Source of the DNA: a virus
Virus record (IMG/VR): IMGVR_UViG_3300025645_000047
Coordinates: 26,571-90,570 of that record
Length of the DNA stretch: 64,000 bases
Direction: 5' to 3' (one strand)
Made by a program: the position numbers and the translations under genes. The notes beneath the pieces are model-generated. The model was not told the origin of the DNA and did no database searches. It was given only the letters and a program-made list of their open reading frames with translations. How positions within the stretch are numbered: position 1 is the first letter of the stretch; each line of letters begins with the position of its first letter. Shown piece by piece: positions 19,312 to 28,600 of this stretch.

Positions 19312-22185
19312 ATGAGTCTAAAACTAAAGTCTACGGACATAAATAAGTTATACCTGGGGGATGCCAGTATTAACAGAGCTTACTTAGGGACTAACCTTGC
19401 ATTTGGAGAAGAGAACTTATTTAGTTTTGAAGCTGTCACCACAGAAGCGACTCAATCATTTCACATGCCATTACTATCTACTAGTACAGTTAATGCAACT
19501 GTAGACTGGGGAGATGGTACTATAAACACAATCACATCATACGATGATCCTAATGCAATTCATGAATATGCCGTGGCAGACACATACAATGTAGTCGTTA
19601 CTGGCGAATTGAATGGATGGTCATTTGGAGAGTATAAGGCAGCAGGAGATAATGATCCAGCTCCTGTTTCATTTGAAGATGTACAAATAGGTTCTGGATT
19701 AACACTTACACTTGATGACGGCACTAGTACTGACTTCGAAGTTGATATAACTGCTGCAAATGGTGGAACTCCAATAACTTTACCGGCAGGAAATTATTGG
19801 ATAAGTTTTGCACCTAGAGTAACGGGTGCTTCTGCTGGTTCTGGACGTTGGAACTGGAATGGTTCTGATTATGTTGCTCCCTATGAAGGAGTATTAATTG
19901 ATCCGGGTAATTTATTTGGAGGAGGATTTACCTCTTGGACTGGTCTTGAATCAACAATAGGTACTGGTTATAATTCTTTGAATGGAGTGTTAACTGATTC
20001 TTTGGGTAATGATTTATACAACGTTACACCAAATACCGCTGGTATAATTTCTACTAATGGATCAACTGATGATGGTGTACTATGTAGTACTTATATCACG
20101 CTTACACAAGAAGCAACATTAGGTACATTTTCAGTTCAGGGGATGATGAGTGGGGTTGACAATACTATAGCCGCCCTATTGACTGGTGCAGACTTCTTTA
20201 TATATGAAGATGCAAATTTAGGAGTTCCGGTTACTCCAGGTACTAGCTTATACTCTACCCTTATAGGTGACGTTTCAAATTGGGGACAATTTGATATTAC
20301 TGAACCAGGTGCCTTTTCTCAATGTGTTAACATGACAATTACAGCTACAGACACGCCCAGCATCTCAGGAGATAGTCTTGCAGATACATTTAGTAACTGC
20401 GCTAGCTTAACAACCATACCTAGTATTGGTTACTGGAATGTTTCAAATGTACTATACATGAATTCCTGCTTTAATGATTGTTCTATAACCAATATAAATG
20501 ATATAAACAACTGGGGTTCTACTACATCTAACGTTGTAGATGCAACATCTATGTTTTCAGTTTTAAATGCAACATCACTAAACCTATCAAGCTGGGACGT
20601 ATCAAGTCTTACTAATATAAGTGATATGTTTTTTAATAGTAGTTTAGTTTCAATTAATCTTACAAACTGGAGTTCAAATGTTATAACTAACTTTATTAGT
20701 GCTTTTCAAGGTTGTAATTCCCTAACAACAGTGACAGGTATTGAAACATTAATTAATAGTAACGCAACAGATATAAGCACACTATTTGATGACTGTAGTT
20801 CTTTAGCTGCCATAAACGCAAGTGCATGGGATACAAGTAGTGTTGTAACTGCAACACAGGTTTTCAATAGGTGTACAAGTTTGACGTCAATAAATATGTC
20901 TAATTTGGATTTATCAAGTATGACGAATATGTCACAGATGTTTCGCAACTGTTCTTCCTTAACTACACTAGATGTATCAGGATGGAAAAATGGTGGTTCA
21001 ATTATTATGGCTTTTTTATTTTCAAACGCTTCACAGTTAGTATCTATTGATTTAAGTGCTTCAGTTTGTACTCCATCAAATACATCAGGTATGTATTCTG
21101 GTTGTACAAATCTTGTATCAACTGATATGACAGGTTGGGACTTTACTAATACTGTTGCAGTTTCAAGCATGTTTTCTAATGCTAGTAACCTCGAAACAAT
21201 AACAGGTCATGAAGACTTTAGATTTACTGGGCTCACTACAAGCATGAACTATATGTTCACCAATTGCTCTAGCTTAACTACACTTGACACTTCACTATGG
21301 GCTGTCACAGGAGTTACGAGTTTTCAATATACTTTTAGTGGGTGCACAGTATTAACGGCTCTTGATTTATCAGGCTGGAATACAACTAACGCTACTGACA
21401 TGACTTGGACATTTGCTCAAATGCAGAGTCTAGTTTCATTAGATTTAACTGGATGGGATACCAGTAATGTAACTACCACACTAGCTGCATTCTATGACCT
21501 TAGATCTGTAACCTCTACATCCTTAATAGGATTTGAAGATTTAGATGTGTCTTCTGTTGTAAATGCTGAATTTATGTTTGGTGGCACTACGCAAAATGAC
21601 GGGTTCCCTTCAGGAGGAGGAAATAACTTTGATCTTAGTAACTGGAGATTTACATCTCTGGTAAATGGAAATCAAATGTTTAAAAATAATAGATTGATTT
21701 CAACGTTGGATGTCTCTAATTGGGATATGAGTCTCGTAACAAACATAGATAGTATTTTTGAAACATTAGATTTTTGTACTTCAATGATAGGATTAAATAC
21801 TTGGAACACAGGTCTTGTACAAAATTTTGAGGCTGCATTCCAGAACAATAAGATTAACCCAAATATTGATATAGCTGGATGGGATGTAAGTTCTGCTACC
21901 AATATGAAAGACATGGTGTATGATTGTGATTTATTTGATCAAGATCTTTCAGGATGGGATATAAATCAAGTTAGTAATTTTACTTCCTTTATGACTAATT
22001 CTTCAGGAATGTCAACAGCTAACTATGATGCAACCTTAATTGGTTGGGCTGCACAGATTCCATTGGCTTACAATGGTACTCTAGACTTTGGTGGATCACA
22101 ATATACTTTAGGTGGAGCAGCAGCTACAGCTCACGCAAACTTAATTACAGATGTAGGAGCTATCTCAGACGGTGGTGGAATATAA
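19312..22185 (+). CDS. BspA/DUF285 leucine-rich-repeat protein, probable fibre or receptor-binding protein
   Basis: N-terminal INKLYLG..INRAYLG attachment motif, PKD-like TVDWGDGT, many ~25-aa repeats (WDVSSLTNISDMF, WDTSSVVT, WDVSSATNMKDM), C-terminal NYDATLIGW...DGG. Confidence 0.8.
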   Translation: MSLKLKSTDINKLYLGDASINRAYLGTNLAFGEENLFSFEAVTTEATQSFHMPLLSTSTVNATVDWGDGTINTITSYDDPNAIHEYAVADTYNVVVTGELNGWSFGEYKAAGDNDPAPVSFEDVQIGSGLTLTLDDGTSTDFEVDITAANGGTPITLPAGNYWISFAPRVTGASAGSGRWNWNGSDYVAPYEGVLIDPGNLFGGGFTSWTGLESTIGTGYNSLNGVLTDSLGNDLYNVTPNTAGIISTNGSTDDGVLCSTYITLTQEATLGTFSVQGMMSGVDNTIAALLTGADFFIYEDANLGVPVTPGTSLYSTLIGDVSNWGQFDITEPGAFSQCVNMTITATDTPSISGDSLADTFSNCASLTTIPSIGYWNVSNVLYMNSCFNDCSITNINDINNWGSTTSNVVDATSMFSVLNATSLNLSSWDVSSLTNISDMFFNSSLVSINLTNWSSNVITNFISAFQGCNSLTTVTGIETLINSNATDISTLFDDCSSLAAINASAWDTSSVVTATQVFNRCTSLTSINMSNLDLSSMTNMSQMFRNCSSLTTLDVSGWKNGGSIIMAFLFSNASQLVSIDLSASVCTPSNTSGMYSGCTNLVSTDMTGWDFTNTVAVSSMFSNASNLETITGHEDFRFTGLTTSMNYMFTNCSSLTTLDTSLWAVTGVTSFQYTFSGCTVLTALDLSGWNTTNATDMTWTFAQMQSLVSLDLTGWDTSNVTTTLAAFYDLRSVTSTSLIGFEDLDVSSVVNAEFMFGGTTQNDGFPSGGGNNFDLSNWRFTSLVNGNQMFKNNRLISTLDVSNWDMSLVTNIDSIFETLDFCTSMIGLNTWNTGLVQNFEAAFQNNKINPNIDIAGWDVSSATNMKDMVYDCDLFDQDLSGWDINQVSNFTSFMTNSSGMSTANYDATLIGWAAQIPLAYNGTLDFGGSQYTLGGAAATAHANLITDVGAISDGGGI

Positions 22186-22212
22186 AATTAAAAATATTTT
22201 AAAAAAAAGATT

Positions 22213-23550
22213 ATGGATATAATGTCAAAGTTTAACTTGCCTAAATATGTAAAAGGAAAATCCTTTTCTGAGGCAAGTGCTATTATTGCAAAAAAGTTTG
22301 AGGACAGGTCTGATCCAGAATCTGTTGCAACACTTAATGACCTACAAGGAAGACTTCAACAAGCTCAAGAGTTTGTAAAAGCTGAACAAGAAAAAGCATC
22401 TCAACCAGAAGGAGCACCAGCAGAAGGAGCAGCTCAACATCAAATGCCTGATGGCAGTATGATGCCAGGAGCAGAGCATGGTGGTCAAGGTGGTGCAGAA
22501 GAACTTGCTGCAATGGCTGCAATGCAAGGAGGCCCAGGTCAAATGCCTCAGCAACCTATGGGACAAGAAGCTATGCCACAAGCTATGCCACAAGATCCAA
22601 ACATGATGACATACGGAGGTATGAAGTACATGTACGGAGGTAAAAAATATATGTCTGGAGGAAAGATGTACAAGAGTGGTGGAAGCATGCTAGCTAATAT
22701 GTATGATGATGGAGGGCCAGTTCACAATGCTACTCCTCATCCACATTCTGAACAACAAAGGCCAATGATTGATGCACCTTATGCTATTCCTGATTCAGAT
22801 GGAATATCTACAATGGGTTTTAATACACCTGAAATGCCTACTATAGCAAATTCTCCTTCTAAATTAGACTCTTACGGAATATCAGATAGTCTTAATAATG
22901 TTATGGAAACACCTAACGAGCTGTTTCAAAAAGATCAAGAAACTATTGCTAAAGAATATGCACAACATTTAAAAGATAAAAAGAAATCAGATAGAGAAAA
23001 AAAGACTAAATTTAACCCGGCAGAAGCTTTAAGGTATGCTCCAACATTAATGAGTGCTTTTAAACTAGCAGATTTAAAAAAGCCTACGCAAGTAGGAATG
23101 GATAGATTAGGAAATAGATACAACGAACAATTAGTTGATGAAAGAGGATTACAGAACGCTGTTCAACAAGGTGCAATAAATCAAAGAGATGCAATACTTG
23201 GTTCCTCTGGTGGTTCTGGAGCTGCAGCTAGAGCTAACTTGTTAGCTAGTCAGTTGCAATCACAGAAAGGACTGTCAGCTGCAAACATGCAGGCAACAGA
23301 AATGAATAGAGCAGAGAATAGAGCTGGTCAAACGTTTAATAGAGATACAGATAAAGCTAATCTACAGCAATCTAATATGCAAACTGAATTTCAATTAGAA
23401 CAGGATGCAGCATACGATAAAAACAGATCTAAACTTCTTGCTCAAATAGGAGCAGATTTAGGAGGAATAGGTCAAGAAGAATTATTTAAAAGATACCCTG
23501 AGTTAATGGGACTTAGCTACAGCTCAAGAGGTAAACATATAAAACCATAA
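22213..23550 (+). CDS. Cargo/ejection protein, C-terminal part
   Basis: Starts with FNLPKYVKGKSFSEAS...RLQQAQE; ALRYAP and SSGGSGAAARANLLA; Gln/Ala-rich helical C-terminus as in crAss cargo protein 1. Confidence 0.7.
   Translation: MDIMSKFNLPKYVKGKSFSEASAIIAKKFEDRSDPESVATLNDLQGRLQQAQEFVKAEQEKASQPEGAPAEGAAQHQMPDGSMMPGAEHGGQGGAEELAAMAAMQGGPGQMPQQPMGQEAMPQAMPQDPNMMTYGGMKYMYGGKKYMSGGKMYKSGGSMLANMYDDGGPVHNATPHPHSEQQRPMIDAPYAIPDSDGISTMGFNTPEMPTIANSPSKLDSYGISDSLNNVMETPNELFQKDQETIAKEYAQHLKDKKKSDREKKTKFNPAEALRYAPTLMSAFKLADLKKPTQVGMDRLGNRYNEQLVDERGLQNAVQQGAINQRDAILGSSGGSGAAARANLLASQLQSQKGLSAANMQATEMNRAENRAGQTFNRDTDKANLQQSNMQTEFQLEQDAAYDKNRSKLLAQIGADLGGIGQEELFKRYPELMGLSYSSRGKHIKP
22603..22716 (+). repeat. 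Imperfect 21-nt (7-aa) tandem repeat encoding Y/M-x-x-GG motifs
   Basis: MMTYGG MKYMYGG KKYMSGG KMYKSGG ... MYDDGG. Confidence 0.75.
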
Positions 23551-23561
23551 TAAAAACAATC

Positions 23562-25595
23562 ATGGCTGGACGTACATACGAAGAAGTTACATCAGGATTT
23601 AAACCATTATCACTAGACGAGATAATGGCAATTCCATTAGCAAAGCAAGCTCAAGAAGACGCATCTCAATTGTATTTTGATGATCTTCAATTGCTAGAAG
23701 AAAATGCATTAGCATCAGATAAAGATTATGTTCAAGGACAAGTTGGTGCATTGAAAGATGAGGCTACTAGTCTTTCTGATCAAATGATGGAGCAAGGTGT
23801 AGACAGAGGCTTTATGAATAAAGTTAAGGGATTACGCACTAGAAAGAATAGAGAGTTTAGTGCAAGTGGTAAAACAGGAAAAGCTAATGCTGCTTATAAT
23901 GAGTTTCAAGCTAATAAGCAAAACATTATGAATCGTAAAGATTTAAGTGATGCTCAAAAAAGAGCAGGTTTGCAAAGAGCACAAGACAACTATACAGGTG
24001 TAGAGGCAGGAGGAGAATATGAAGAATACATAGGTACGGCAGAAGTAGATCTTATGGATAAAGGAAGAAAGATTGTAGCACAAATGACTCCAGTAGAAAG
24101 AGCAAGTGCTCTAGGTATGAGTTATGATCCGGAAACTGGAATATACTCAAGAGGTAGTTATGAAACAAGACAATTAGAGCCTGCTGATATGCAAAGGATT
24201 GTTTATAATGCATTAAAAAATGATCAAGGAGTAGCAGATTATTTATCAGAAGTAGACTCTCTAGGAATAGGAAACTCAGAACAGATGCTTATTACAGCTT
24301 CACAATCTGCAGGAGAAGTAGGAAATGTGGATGTTTATAAAGAAACATTTACTCCTCTTCCAGCAAATTCTGCAGTTTACGGACAAGGAACTCCAACTGG
24401 AGATTTAAGAGAAAAGTGGGACACTAAAACATTGTACCAAGGAAGAGGATTGTGGGCTAATGAGGATACTTTTAATTTAGATGTAGCAGGAAAGCCATCT
24501 AAGTATTTTAAAGATGGAAATGTTATTCCAGTAATGGCTTCATACGATGAAGGATATGAAGAAGCATTAGTGAAAAAAAGAGCAAATTTTGAAGAAATAT
24601 TACGTAAAAGTAATATGAGTACAAAAGAAAAGACTTATCAAAGAATGGCTTTTGATAATAACAACAAATCTGCAGATCAAATTGAAAAAGATCGCTTAAG
24701 ACTAAAAGAAACTATTGACAAGATAAGAGAAAGCTATACAACTATTAAAGGAAATAATCCTGCATCAGCAAGACCAGCAGTAGGAAGTCCAGGAAGTAGA
24801 ACGTACACTCCAGCAGTTGAAGCAAGTCCATATACAGATCAAGAGATATATGATATATACACTCAAGGTGCTGAAAAAGCAGAGGCTTCTTACACTACAG
24901 CTATAGCTCCTTTAAATCCAAGTAACTTGTATTATGGTCAACAAGACATGATAAAAGGAACAGAAGATGCTCCTGGAACATTTGCTAGTTCTACTTTAAA
25001 AATAGCTGGATTCCCATCGGGAGGTGCTGATGTTATAGCTAAGCAATTAGGTATGTCTGAAGAGGAGTTTACAGCTCAGGTAGGGAAAACAGGTGCTCAT
25101 CTTGGTTTTGCTCCAGGACATGTTGATATGCCAGGAGCACATGCTATGCAATTTAAACACAAAGATGGGTCTAGTTTTATACTTTATGTACAAAATGGAG
25201 GAGAATCAAAAGCTGTTCTTGAGCCAGTAAGTTGGATGAATAAAGCAATACAAGAAACTAAGCCTTTTACAACTTACAAAAGAAGGGCTCCAAGTGGAAA
25301 AATTAGATATGATCATATTATTACTGACCTTAATCCTAATACAAAAAGTTTTGACGCTTATACTGTAAGAACTACAGGTGAATATACTGAAAAAGAAATA
25401 TCTGATATGAAATTTCAATATCTTCCAAAATTTAACGCACAAGTTGCTGTAGATGATCAAGGCTTTCCCAAAGTTCCTCATGTATTAAAAAGAAACTACG
25501 ATCAAGAAATGCAGTGGGCTACTGACGAAATTACAACTATGTATGACACAAATGCTCATGGCAAAACATCAAAAACTTTAGCTAGCAAAAACTAG
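23562..25595 (+). CDS. Putative internal virion/ejection protein
   Basis: N-terminal FKPLSLDEIMAIPL motif; Cys-free; lies between the cargo gene and the giant-protein genes. Confidence 0.6.
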   Translation: MAGRTYEEVTSGFKPLSLDEIMAIPLAKQAQEDASQLYFDDLQLLEENALASDKDYVQGQVGALKDEATSLSDQMMEQGVDRGFMNKVKGLRTRKNREFSASGKTGKANAAYNEFQANKQNIMNRKDLSDAQKRAGLQRAQDNYTGVEAGGEYEEYIGTAEVDLMDKGRKIVAQMTPVERASALGMSYDPETGIYSRGSYETRQLEPADMQRIVYNALKNDQGVADYLSEVDSLGIGNSEQMLITASQSAGEVGNVDVYKETFTPLPANSAVYGQGTPTGDLREKWDTKTLYQGRGLWANEDTFNLDVAGKPSKYFKDGNVIPVMASYDEGYEEALVKKRANFEEILRKSNMSTKEKTYQRMAFDNNNKSADQIEKDRLRLKETIDKIRESYTTIKGNNPASARPAVGSPGSRTYTPAVEASPYTDQEIYDIYTQGAEKAEASYTTAIAPLNPSNLYYGQQDMIKGTEDAPGTFASSTLKIAGFPSGGADVIAKQLGMSEEEFTAQVGKTGAHLGFAPGHVDMPGAHAMQFKHKDGSSFILYVQNGGESKAVLEPVSWMNKAIQETKPFTTYKRRAPSGKIRYDHIITDLNPNTKSFDAYTVRTTGEYTEKEISDMKFQYLPKFNAQVAVDDQGFPKVPHVLKRNYDQEMQWATDEITTMYDTNAHGKTSKTLASKN

Positions 25596-25621
25596 TAAAT
25601 AATAATAGAAATCAAATTAGT

Positions 25622-28600
25622 ATGCTTGAAGAAAACTTAATTGGTATAGATGAATTGCTAGATAGCAGTCTTGAGATTGTTGAGGACCCACGTGACGATT
25701 TAATTAGTGATGAAGAGTATCAAGAGTTATCAAATTACGGAATACAAAAAAAGGGTGCTCAATGGAGAGAAAACATTGACGTAGGTGATACTGGATTTGG
25801 AGATTCTCAATGGGATGAAGGAGCTACTATAGAAGAAGTTCAAGGAACCGCAGGTACTGCAGGACTACAGGGCAGAAGATCTACTCTTCAGCCTTGGCAA
25901 GACCAGCTTGCTAATGCGGTAACCCAAGCAGTTGTTGGAGAGATAATTGGTGGTACTATAGAAGGAGTTGGTTATTTATTAGACTGGCAAGGTATGGCCA
26001 ACTTGGCTAATGGTTCAGAAAAAGAATACACTAACTGGTTTTCAAATATAGGAAAAGGAATAAGAGAAAAAACTCAAGATCTTACTCAGATACATGAAAG
26101 ATCTCCAGGAGAGATGGATCTATTTGATTCTGGATACTGGTTTAAAAACTCTGTATCTGTTGCATCTACTTTGTCTATGATGTTGCCTTCTATGGCTGCA
26201 GCTAAGGGGTTAGGTATGCTTGGTAGAGGAGCAAGTAAGCTTATTGGTAAAGGAATGGCTAGAGGAGCCAAAAAGATTGGTAGAGAACTTTCTGAAGAAG
26301 CTTTTGATGTAGCTACTAAAATGGGCGTTCAAGCTGAATGGATGACTAGTGGTATTAGTGAAGCTGTTGTTTCTAGACATATAGAAAACAGCATGGAAGC
26401 TTCAGGTACATTTGAAGAAATTTATGAAGAAAGATTAAAACAAGTTAATCCAAAAACAGGAGCATACTTTACAGAAGGTGAAGCAAGACAAAGTGCTGCA
26501 AATGCAGCTTCCGAAAATTACAAAAATGGTTGGGCAATGCTTGCACAAGATATGTTACAGTACTTATCTATTGGTAAAGTATTTAATCCCGTTACAAGAC
26601 AGATGGAAGTTGCTAGAAAATTTACAACAGCATCAAAAGCACCTGCATGGTTAAAGAAAGCTGGAGCTGTTACAGGAACATTTGCATCAGAAGCAGGGGA
26701 AGAAGGATACCAACATTTTATAGCATCTAAAGCTGCATTAAACAGCGAGTTAAATGCTGGATTAATATCTGAAGAAGAATACAAATCTCAACTTGGAGAA
26801 GTAATGAGTTCTGACGAAGCTATGACATCAATGTTATTTGGTGGATTAGGTGGTTCTGTATTTCAAATGGTTGGACCAAAAGCAAACCAGCTATTTAAGT
26901 CTAAAAGTAAAAAGGAATTTGAAGAAAATGCAGGTCAATTATTTTCTACTGCTTTAGAAAACAGAGCTAAGATTCATGCTGCATTGCAAGTTCAGAAAAA
27001 TAATGCAGAAGAATTTGGTACTGAAGAAGAAATACAGGCAGCACAAGATGACATTATATTAAACATGGTTCTTGACGGAATTGATACTGATAATGTAGAA
27101 ATGACAATGGAGGCTATGAAAAATGAGCCTGAAATGACTGCTGAAGAAATAGCAAAATTTAAAGAGGAGACTGACCTTGAATGGGATCCAGCTGTTGCAA
27201 AAGCAGGAGCAGAAAGAGCACTTGAAGTTGCTGCACGAGTTAAAGAAATTCATTACAGGAATAGAAACAAAGCTAAGAATAAAAATGTAGCTCCATCTAT
27301 TGTTCAAGACATGACTCGTATTGAATTCCAGAATGAAGAGTATGGAAAACAAATTACGAAGATTAAAAAAGATAACAAGAAAAGAATAGATGATATTCAG
27401 TTTGATTCTTTTCTTAAGCCAATGGATAATTTCCGTGAGAAAAAAGATCTTGAAGCAAAAATTGCTGCTACTAAAGAAGTTATAGGACGTACAGAAGAAA
27501 GGCTTGCAAAAAGTAAAGATGAAGATTCTATAAAAACCAAAAAGGATTTAATAAAGTCACACAACTCTAATCTTCTTAAGATGCAAAATAGAGTAAGTGA
27601 GATAGGAAAAGAAGATATAGACCCTAAAACTGGAAAGACAAATAGAGATGCTGATCAAATAGAAGCAAACAAAAAAGGAGAAGTTGTTTACAATGATGGT
27701 TTAATGGCAGAAATTGCTGGAGGGTATTTAAGAGAGCTTCAGTTAAATGATGCTATTACTGAAAATCAAAACAGTTTAAAAAGACTTAATGACAAAGCCT
27801 TTCAAAAACAAAAGGTTGTAAAAGATGGTATAAGAGGAATTAAAGAAGCAACCGATATATCAGCTTTAGAAAACTATCAAGCTGGTATTGAATCTGGTCA
27901 AGTACAAGGGTATGAAAATGCTGAAGACAAGAAAAAAATAGATGAAGCTATAAAAGAAAAAATAGCAGAGCTTAAAGAGAAAGAATTAAAAGACAACCAG
28001 GCAATTGAGGAAGAAAAAATAAAAGCTGAGCTTTTGGCTAAAGCTGCTGCAGAAAATGCAAAACTTAATTCAGTTGGAGAAACTGTAACTACACCTGTAG
28101 ATGAAGCAGTTGAAGATACATTCTTTTTTGAAGAAGCTTTAATTGAAGAAGAATTACAAGATAAAGCTGAAGAGCACACTGAAGTGTTAACAGGTAATGG
28201 AAAAACTGTATCTCCTTTAGATGACAATGAAAACACTAGTGGCCCATATAGAGAATGGATTCACAATGGGTTTGACAAGATAGGCACAGTAATTACCTAT
28301 GCTTCTCATACTAGAAGAGGGTTTCATAGAGCTTATCAAAACAGAAAGACTCCAGCAGGTAGAGCATACAATACTTATAATGATCTTTTAGAGAGAGCAA
28401 AAAAAGGAGAAAAAATTACAGTACCACAAAATGTATATGACAACTTACCAATTGCAGCTAATGTAGGAGAGGTTGGAGGAAGTATATATACGGTTATGCC
28501 TTCTTATCCACGTAAGACAAAACAAGATGGCCCAAAAAGATATGCAGAAAAATTAAGAAAGTATCAAGAAAACTACGCAGCAGAAAGAAAGCACATAATT

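Noticed and set aside
19312-22185. Diversity-generating retroelement target or invertible fibre cassette
   Set aside because: No reverse transcriptase, recombinase or near-identical TR/VR repeat was seen in the window; the repeats are degenerate at DNA level.
18970-22212. Mobile element, intron or target-site duplication explaining the insert in the cargo gene
   Set aside because: The flanks share only weak AT-rich similarity; there is no transposase or homing endonuclease and no recognisable group I/II intron motifs.
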